DNA of 64,000 nucleotides from Magnetospirillum sp. WYHS-4 (GTDB lineage Bacteria; Pseudomonadota; Alphaproteobacteria; Rhodospirillales; GLO-3): NCBI GenBank assembly GCA_039908345.1, contig JAMOBD010000001.1, positions 129,712 to 193,711 of the forward strand, read 5' to 3'. Shown piece by piece: positions 57,825 to 64,000 of this stretch (position 1 is its first letter; each line of letters starts with the position of its first letter). The notes under the pieces were generated by a model. It saw only the letters and a program-made list of their open reading frames with translations, ran no database searches and was not told where the DNA came from. The position numbers and the translations under genes were made by a program.

Positions 57825-58643
57825 ATGAGCAGCCATAATCTGCATTTGGTTTCCGATTCCACCGGCGAAACCGTGGCCATGCTGGCCCGGGCTTGCGTCG
57901 CCCAGTTCGACGAGATCAAGATGCGCCAGCATTCTTGGCCCCTGGTCCGGGAGGGGGCCCAGATCGACAAGGTGCTTGCCGCGATCCGCAAGGCGCCGGG
58001 CTTGGTCCTTTTCACCATGGTCGATTCGGATTTGCGCAAGATATTGGAGGATGGCCTTGAGGATCTGAAGGTGCCCTACCTCTGCGTGCTCGACCCGGTC
58101 CTGGCCGCCCTGGGTACTTACCTGAAGGCCGAAGCCCATCTGCGGCCGGGTTATCAGCACGCCCTGGGGGCCGCCGATTTCGAACGCATCGAGGCTATCA
58201 ACTTTTCCTTGATCCACGACGATGGCCAAGCGGCGGCAACCCTCAACCGGGCCGACGTGGTGCTGGTCGGCGTGTCGCGCACCTCCAAGACCCCGACCTG
58301 CATCTACCTGGCCAATCGCGGCATCAAGGCGGCGAACGTTCCGGTCGTTCCCGGCTGTCCGCTGCCCCAGGAACTGTTCAAGCTCACCCGTCCCCTTGTC
58401 GTCGGCCTGACCAAGGACCCGCGTCAACTGGTCAAGGTGCGCAAGCATCGCCTCGAACTCATGCACCAGGACCCGACCTCGGACTACGTGGATGTCGCCA
58501 CGGTGAACCGCGAGGTCGAGGAGGCGAAGCGGCTCTGCAACAAGCATGGCTGGCCGCTCATCGATGTCTCGGGCAAGTCCATCGAGGAAACGGCGACCCT
58601 TATCCTGCAGCACCTGAAGGATCGGGTGGAGACCGGCTGGTGA
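57825..58643 (+). CDS. Bifunctional kinase/pyrophosphorylase (PpsR/PDRP, DUF299 family)
   Basis: HLVSDSTGETV..., P-loop-like VLVGVSRTSKTPTCIYLA. Confidence 0.85.
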   Translation: MSSHNLHLVSDSTGETVAMLARACVAQFDEIKMRQHSWPLVREGAQIDKVLAAIRKAPGLVLFTMVDSDLRKILEDGLEDLKVPYLCVLDPVLAALGTYLKAEAHLRPGYQHALGAADFERIEAINFSLIHDDGQAAATLNRADVVLVGVSRTSKTPTCIYLANRGIKAANVPVVPGCPLPQELFKLTRPLVVGLTKDPRQLVKVRKHRLELMHQDPTSDYVDVATVNREVEEAKRLCNKHGWPLIDVSGKSIEETATLILQHLKDRVETGW

Positions 58644-59230
58644 CGCCTCTCGTCCTGGCTTCGGCGAGCGCGGTCCGCGCCACGATCCTCCGCCATGCCG
58701 GTCTGGAATTCGAAATCCGGCCGGCCGATGTCGACGAAGCGGCGATCAAAGCCGATTTGGCGGAGCGGTCCACCTCCGACCTCGCCGCCCGGCTGGCGGA
58801 AACCAAGGCCCGCCGGACGGCGGAACGCCATCCTGGCGCCCTGGTGATCGGTGCCGACCAGATCCTCGATTGCGGCGGGCGGCGTTTCGACAAGCCCCGA
58901 GATCGCACCGAAGCCCGCCGCCACCTGGAATTCCTGCGCGGTCGCGATCACCGCTTGGTCAGCGCCGTCTGTGCGGCAAGGGACGATGAGTTGCTCTGGG
59001 AACATCGGGCCGAACCGGTCTTGACCATGCGCTCCTTCTCGGATGAGTTCCTGAACGCCTATCTGGACCGGGCGGGGCCGGACGTCCTGGATTCGGTCGG
59101 TGCCTATCGCCTGGAAGGGATCGGCGTGCAACTTTTTTCGCGTATCGATGGGGATTACTTCTCGATCCTGGGCCTACCCTTGTTGCCGCTGCTTGACTTC
59201 CTCCGCCGCCACGGGGTTCTCTCGTCCTGA
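58640..59230 (+). CDS. maf: Maf-like nucleoside-triphosphate pyrophosphatase
   Basis: [14 protein letters not shown]...GADQIL...AYRLEG. GTGA overlap with the upstream gene. Confidence 0.85.
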   Translation: MTPLVLASASAVRATILRHAGLEFEIRPADVDEAAIKADLAERSTSDLAARLAETKARRTAERHPGALVIGADQILDCGGRRFDKPRDRTEARRHLEFLRGRDHRLVSAVCAARDDELLWEHRAEPVLTMRSFSDEFLNAYLDRAGPDVLDSVGAYRLEGIGVQLFSRIDGDYFSILGLPLLPLLDFLRRHGVLSS

Positions 59231-60078
59231 TGATCTTGACCGGAAGGGCACGGCTGGCAGGGGTGATGGGATGGCCCGTAAGCCATTCCCTGTCGCCGCG
59301 CCTGCACGGGTTCTGGCTGGACCGTTACGGAATCGACGGTGCCTACCTGCCCCTTGCCGTGCGGCCCGAGGATTGCGAGGTGGTCATCCGCCTGCTGCCG
59401 CGTTTGGGCTTTGCCGGTGCCAACGTCACCGTGCCGCACAAGGAAACCGCCTTTGCCGTGGTGGACGAACTGGAACCCCTGGCGCGGCGTATCGGGGCCG
59501 TCAATACCCTGGTGGTGCGGGAAGACGGCGGTCTGCTCGGTCGCAACACCGATGCCTTCGGCTTTCTCGAAAACCTGCGGGCCGGCCAGCCCGGCTTCAG
59601 GTCGGCGGCCGGTCCCGCCGTGGTGCTGGGTGCCGGCGGCGCGGCCCGTGCCGTCGTCGCCGCCCTTGTCGACGACGGTGTGCCGGATCTGCGCCTGGTC
59701 AACCGTTCCCGGGACCGGGCGGAAAACCTGGCCGCCACCCTGGGCGGGCCCATCCGGGTGGTCGATTGGGCCGACCGTGCCGCCGCTCTGGATGGCGCGG
59801 TTCTGCTGGTCAATACCACCACTCTGGGAATGAAGGGCCAGCCGCCCCTCGACCTGGACCTTGCCGTGCTGCCGCCTGAGGCCCTGGTCACCGACATCGT
59901 CTACGCACCCCTGGAAACGCCTTTGCTTGCCGCCGCCCGCGCCCGCGGCAATCCGGCGGTCGACGGGCTCGGCATGCTGCTTCACCAGGCTCGGCCCGGC
60001 TTCGCCGCCTGGTTCGGCCGGGAACCCGAAGTGACGGACGAACTCCGGGCCTTCGTGCTCGCCACCCCGAAACCATGA
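59230..60078 (+). CDS. aroE: Shikimate dehydrogenase
   Basis: [38 protein letters not shown]. Confidence 0.9.
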   Translation: MILTGRARLAGVMGWPVSHSLSPRLHGFWLDRYGIDGAYLPLAVRPEDCEVVIRLLPRLGFAGANVTVPHKETAFAVVDELEPLARRIGAVNTLVVREDGGLLGRNTDAFGFLENLRAGQPGFRSAAGPAVVLGAGGAARAVVAALVDDGVPDLRLVNRSRDRAENLAATLGGPIRVVDWADRAAALDGAVLLVNTTTLGMKGQPPLDLDLAVLPPEALVTDIVYAPLETPLLAAARARGNPAVDGLGMLLHQARPGFAAWFGREPEVTDELRAFVLATPKP

Positions 60079-60686
60079 TCGTCCTGGGCCTCACAGGATC
60101 GGTCGGCATGGGCAAGACCAAGGCGGCCCGCGATCTGCGCTCCTTGGGAATCCCCGTCCATGATGCCGATGCTTGCGTCCATCGCCTGCTGGGCAAGGGC
60201 GGGGCGGCGGTGCCGGCGGTGGGCGGGGCCTTTCCCGGTGTCGTCCACGACGGTGCGGTCGACCGGACGCTTCTGGGCGGGCGGGTCTTCGACGATCCGG
60301 CGGCGCTTGTGCGCCTGGAGGACATCCTCCACCCCATGGTGGCGGCGGCGGAAGACGCCTTTCTTCGCCGGGCGGCCAGGCGGGGCGCGGTGTTGGCGGT
60401 GCTCGACATTCCCCTGCTGTACGAGACCGGCGCCGAAGGACGCTGCGATGCGGTGGCCGTGGTTTCGGCCCCCCCGCGGGTCCAATTGGCCCGGGTCCTG
60501 GCGCGCCCGGGCGTGACCCGCGCCCGCCAGGCGGCCATCCTGGACCGCCAGATGCCGGATGCGGACAAACGCCGTCGGGCCGACTACATCATCCCAACCG
60601 GCCTCGATAAAGCCTTCAGCCGCAAGGCCATATTGGCGATTGTTACGGACTTGCTTTCAAGATATGGTGTAAGGCGCGGATTGTAG
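60075..60686 (+). CDS. coaE: Dephospho-CoA kinase
   Basis: [16 protein letters not shown]-loop, and VLDIPLLYE. Confidence 0.9.
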   Translation: MIVLGLTGSVGMGKTKAARDLRSLGIPVHDADACVHRLLGKGGAAVPAVGGAFPGVVHDGAVDRTLLGGRVFDDPAALVRLEDILHPMVAAAEDAFLRRAARRGAVLAVLDIPLLYETGAEGRCDAVAVVSAPPRVQLARVLARPGVTRARQAAILDRQMPDADKRRRADYIIPTGLDKAFSRKAILAIVTDLLSRYGVRRGL

Positions 60687-60701
60687 GTGGAGATATAGGC
60701 A

Positions 60702-61379
60702 ATGCGTGAAATCGTTTTGGATACGGAAACGACGGGTCTGAACCCTTTGGGCGGCCACCGCATCGTCGAGATCGGCTGCGTGGAGTTGGAAAACCACCTG
60801 CCCACAGGCCGCGACTTCCATCGCTACGTCAATCCCGAAAGGGACGTGCCGGCCGAGGCCTTCGCCGTGCACGGCCTGTCGGCGGAATTTCTCTCCACCC
60901 ATCCGACTTTCGCCGACATCGCCGAGGACTTCCTGGATTTCGTCGGCGAAGCGCCGCTGGTCATCCACAACGCTTCCTTCGACCTGGGCTTCATCAATGC
61001 TGAACTGGCGCGGCTGGACCGCGTCGCCATTCCCCTGGGACGGGCCACCGATACCGTGGCCCTGGCCCGCAAACGCTTTCCCGGCGCCCAGGCGAATCTG
61101 GACGCCCTCTGCAAGCGTTTCGGCATCGATAACGGCGATCGTGACCTGCATGGGGCCCTGAAGGATTCCCTGTTGCTGGCCGAGGTCTACCTGGAACTGA
61201 TCGGCGGCCGCCAGCCGGGTCTGGCCCTGGCGGCGGCCAAGGCGGCACAGAACGCCGGAGCGGTGCCGACGGCGGCTCGCGGCGACCGGCCGGCGCGGCA
61301 TTTCGCTCCCTTGGCCGAGGAGGAAGCCGCCCATCGGACTTTTCTCGCGAAGCTGACGGCGCCGATCTGGGACGCTTGA
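60702..61379 (+). CDS. dnaQ: DNA polymerase III epsilon subunit (3'-5' exonuclease)
   Basis: [12 protein letters not shown] (Exo I), [12 protein letters not shown] (Exo II), [14 protein letters not shown] (Exo III). Confidence 0.93.
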   Translation: MREIVLDTETTGLNPLGGHRIVEIGCVELENHLPTGRDFHRYVNPERDVPAEAFAVHGLSAEFLSTHPTFADIAEDFLDFVGEAPLVIHNASFDLGFINAELARLDRVAIPLGRATDTVALARKRFPGAQANLDALCKRFGIDNGDRDLHGALKDSLLLAEVYLELIGGRQPGLALAAAKAAQNAGAVPTAARGDRPARHFAPLAEEEAAHRTFLAKLTAPIWDA

Positions 61380-61380
61380 A

Positions 61381-61872
61381 TCAAGCGTTGCCGACGGGCT
61401 CGCCGACGGCCTTCTCGCGTTCGCGCAGCTGGTTCTGGTACATACCCACGAAATCGACCATACCCAGCATCAGGGGCGGAAAACCCCCGTCACGGGTCAG
61501 ATCGGCCAGAATGTTGCGGGCGAAGGGGAACAGGAGGCGCGGGCATTCGATGAGCAACATGGGCTCGAGATGTTCGCGGGCGACGTTCAGGGTGAACAGC
61601 CCCCCGTAGGAAAGTTCGGCGATGAAGGCTACGGTCTCGCCCACCTTGCATTCGGCCCGGACGTTCAGGACCACCTCGAACAGCTTTTCCTGCAGTCCGT
61701 GGGCATTGACGTCCACATTGACCGCGATATCGGGCTGCTGCTTTTGCATCTGGCCGAAGATGCCAGGTGCGCCGGGGACCTCGAAGGACAGATCCTTGAT
61801 ATATTGACCGGCGACGGCAAGAGGCGGCTGGGCGGCCTGGACGTCGGTGGGTGTATCGGTGCGGTCGGACAT
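61381..61872 (-). CDS. secB: Protein-export chaperone SecB
   Basis: YIKDLSFE.P, ECPRLLFPFARNILADLTRDGGFPPLML. The start is set at MSDRTD (61872). Confidence 0.9.
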   Translation of the reverse strand: MSDRTDTPTDVQAAQPPLAVAGQYIKDLSFEVPGAPGIFGQMQKQQPDIAVNVDVNAHGLQEKLFEVVLNVRAECKVGETVAFIAELSYGGLFTLNVAREHLEPMLLIECPRLLFPFARNILADLTRDGGFPPLMLGMVDFVGMYQNQLREREKAVGEPVGNA

Positions 61873-61999
61873 GGCGGGGCTCCCCTCTGAATCGCGGGGT
61901 CTGGCTACCATGGATCGCCGATTCCTACAACCGCTGTCTGGACGCGGGCCGCTGGAGGCATTACTTTCTCCCCCTGGACAGAAAAGTAAGGACCGCCCC

Positions 62000-62698
62000 T
62001 TGCAGGCATTCGACATCATTCTCTTCGCCTTGATCGCGGTTTTCCTGGCCTTGCGCCTGCGCAGCGTGCTGGGCAAGCGCGATGGCCACGAAGGCGGCTT
62101 TCCCGATCCCTTCCGCAAGGACCGGAATCCGGAAGCGGCCAGGGACGACGAGAGCGCGAGCTCCGACAATGTCATTCCCTTGCCCGGGCGCAAAGCGGCC
62201 CGTGTCGAGGACGTCGAGGAAGGGCCGGAGCCGGAACCCCGTACGCCCCTCGAAATCGGCTTGGCGGCAATCCGTACCGTCGACGGCGATTTCAGCGCCG
62301 CCGGAATGCTGGGGGGTGCTCGCGTCGCCTTTGAGATGATCCTCAATGCCTTCGCCGCGGCGGATCTGGATACTCTCAAGGGCTTGCTCAGCCCCGAGGT
62401 CTTCGAGAACTTCGCCCAATCCATCCGCGAGCGCCAGAAGGCCGGTCATGTCCTCGATGCTACCTTGGTGGGCATCCGCGGCGCCGAGCTGACGGAGGCG
62501 AGCCTCGAAGGCCGGATGGCCCAGGTAACCATCCGTTTCGTCAGCGAACAAGTCACCGTGACCCGAGATGCCGACGGCAAGGTGGTAGAAGGCGATCCAA
62601 ACCTGGTTGTCGATGTCGTCGATTTCTGGACATTTGCCCGTGATACCCGCTCGCGCGATCCCAACTGGACGCTGGTGGCGACCCAAAGCCCCGAATAG
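62000..62698 (+). CDS. Tim44-like domain membrane protein
   Basis: N-terminal TM segment FDIILFALIAVFLALRLRSVLG and a C-terminal Tim44-like domain (FWTFARDTRSRDPNWTLVAT). The TTG start at 62000 is preceded by AAGGA. An ATG at 61910 is the alternative. Confidence 0.7.
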   Translation: MQAFDIILFALIAVFLALRLRSVLGKRDGHEGGFPDPFRKDRNPEAARDDESASSDNVIPLPGRKAARVEDVEEGPEPEPRTPLEIGLAAIRTVDGDFSAAGMLGGARVAFEMILNAFAAADLDTLKGLLSPEVFENFAQSIRERQKAGHVLDATLVGIRGAELTEASLEGRMAQVTIRFVSEQVTVTRDADGKVVEGDPNLVVDVVDFWTFARDTRSRDPNWTLVATQSPE

Positions 62699-63905
62699 GG
62701 GGCTCGTCGCGGTCCTGCTCGGGCTGGCCGGTTGCGCCGTAGCGCCGCCGCCGCCCGCCAAGATGCCCGAACCCCACTTGTCCCTGACCCCCGTCTCCTA
62801 TTCCCGTCTGGCCGGCTGGGAGACCGACCGCCATGGCGAGGCCCTGGCGGCATTTCGCCGCTCCTGCCCTCGCCTCGACGCCTTGTCCTCCGGCCGGCCC
62901 CTCGACAACGGCGGCGCCGTGAAGGACGGCGGTCCCGACCTGGGGCGGGCCGACGAATGGCAGGCGGCCTGCAAGGCCGCCGCCGGACAGCCGGTTAACG
63001 ACGACGCCGGGGCACGGCGCTTTTTCGAAACCTGGTTCTCTCCCTTCCTGGTGGCGGACAACGACCGGGAAGAAGGCCTTTTCACAGGATATTACGAGGC
63101 CGAGTTAAAGGGCTCCCGCAAGAAGCACGGCCCCTACCGACATCCCGTCCACGCCCGTCCAAAGGATCTGGTGACCGCAGACCTGGGTCGATTCAAGTCC
63201 GATTGGAAAGGCCAGGAGCTGAACGGCCGCCTGCAGGGAGGCCACCTCGTACCCTACGCCAGCCGGAACGAAATCGTTTCGGGGTTCCTGGACGGTAAAG
63301 CCCAGGAACTCTTCTGGGTGGACGATCCGATCGAGCTGTTTTTCCTGCATGTTCAGGGCTCCGGCCGCATTTCCCTCGACGACGGCAGGACCGTCCGCGT
63401 CGGCTATGCGGGGCGCAACGGCCATCCCTACCGGGCCATCGGCGCCGAACTGGCCGACCGCGGCGTCATGCGGCGGGAAGACATCACCATGCCGGCGATC
63501 CGGGCCTGGCTTGCCGCCAACCCGACTCAGGCTGCCGGCCTGCTGAACGCCAATCCCTCCTACGTCTTTTTCCGGACCGTGGAGGGCGACGGTCCGATCG
63601 GGGCGCAGGGCGTGGTCCTTACTCCCGGCCGCAGTCTGGCGGTGGACAAGCGGTTTTTGCCCTACGGCGCGCCGCTGTGGCTGGAAACCTCCGATCCTCT
63701 GGACCCATCCCGGCCCCTGAGACGGCTTCTAGTGGCCCAGGATACCGGCGGGGCCATTACGGGGCCGGTGCGCGGCGATGTCTTCTGGGGCCATGGGCCC
63801 GAGGCCATGGCCAGGGCGGGCCATATGAAACAAAAGGGACGATATTTCCTCCTGTTGCCGAAACGCCCGCAAGCCATTGCGCAGCCTATTCCGCCAAGCT
63901 CCTGA
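62607..63905 (+). CDS. mltA: Murein transglycosylase A (lipoprotein)
   Basis: Lipobox LLGLAGC, and the 3D-domain motif AQDTGGAITGPVRGDVFWG. The start is uncertain (ATG 62607/62613 or GTG 62640). It overlaps the 3' end of the Tim44-like gene. Confidence 0.85.
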   Translation: MSMSSISGHLPVIPARAIPTGRWWRPKAPNRGLVAVLLGLAGCAVAPPPPAKMPEPHLSLTPVSYSRLAGWETDRHGEALAAFRRSCPRLDALSSGRPLDNGGAVKDGGPDLGRADEWQAACKAAAGQPVNDDAGARRFFETWFSPFLVADNDREEGLFTGYYEAELKGSRKKHGPYRHPVHARPKDLVTADLGRFKSDWKGQELNGRLQGGHLVPYASRNEIVSGFLDGKAQELFWVDDPIELFFLHVQGSGRISLDDGRTVRVGYAGRNGHPYRAIGAELADRGVMRREDITMPAIRAWLAANPTQAAGLLNANPSYVFFRTVEGDGPIGAQGVVLTPGRSLAVDKRFLPYGAPLWLETSDPLDPSRPLRRLLVAQDTGGAITGPVRGDVFWGHGPEAMARAGHMKQKGRYFLLLPKRPQAIAQPIPPSS

Positions 63906-63906
63906 A

Positions 63907-64000
63907 ATGACGGTAAAACCCGGAAAATCCCGCCACCGTGTCCTGGCGCCGGACGAAGAAGAACTATGGGCTCACGTGGTGGCTTCGGTCAAACCTCTGC
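63907..64000 (+). CDS. Probable Smr-domain protein, 5' fragment (runs off the window)
   Basis: MTVKPGKSRHRVLAPDEEELWAHVVASVKPL. The E-x-LW-x-V-x(4)-PL N-terminus and the position after mltA resemble alphaproteobacterial Smr proteins. Only 31 codons are visible. Confidence 0.4.
   Translation, partial: MTVKPGKSRHRVLAPDEEELWAHVVASVKPL

Noticed and set aside
57395-57838. 147-aa (+) and 101-aa (57514-57819, -) ORFs inside the hemE/DUF299 gap
   Set aside because: There is no Shine-Dalgarno, the composition is odd, and they overlap each other. The region fits a non-coding origin better, given its DnaA-box-like sites, AT tract and conserved synteny position.

Overview
This is a high-GC chromosomal segment with alphaproteobacterial gene content and order. 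A Rhodospirillales-like source is my guess, not a verified assignment. About 90 percent of the window is densely packed housekeeping DNA. Its right half is the classic alphaproteobacterial origin neighbourhood: leuS-lptE-holA, parB-parA-rsmG-mnmG-mnmE, rho-hemJ-hemH-hemE, a 429-bp non-coding gap, then DUF299 kinase-maf-aroE-coaE-dnaQ, secB, tim44-like and mltA. The hemE/DUF299 gap carries several DnaA-box-like 9-mers and an AT tract, so I call it the candidate oriC. Three near-perfect parS palindromes (TGTTTCACGTGAAAC[A/G]) flank mnmG. The left half holds five things: a c-di-GMP EAL-CBS-GGDEF protein cut by the window edge; a glycan-modification locus (MBOAT, DltD-like partner, SIS isomerase, APS kinase, WbpG-type amidotransferase with HisF/HisH paralogs); a nitrogen block (amt, glnK-amtB, giant NAD-glutamate dehydrogenase); one tRNA-Gly(GCC); and ftsK/lolA. 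I saw no rRNA, CRISPR array, transposase, integrase or prophage genes. The only candidates for accessory or undescribed systems are two small two-gene cassettes. Each has a 59-aa ORF below the cutoff of the supplied track, followed by an orphan protein. One lies at 52655-53453 and encodes a 195-aa protein whose H..Y..Q/E motif order looks like an ADP-ribosyltransferase fold, so it may be a toxin-antitoxin-like module. The other lies at 22644-23334 in a visibly lower-GC islet. Both calls are inference from reading the sequence and need profile or structure searches. Most long ORFs antisense to the genes listed here are high-GC shadow ORFs and were ignored.
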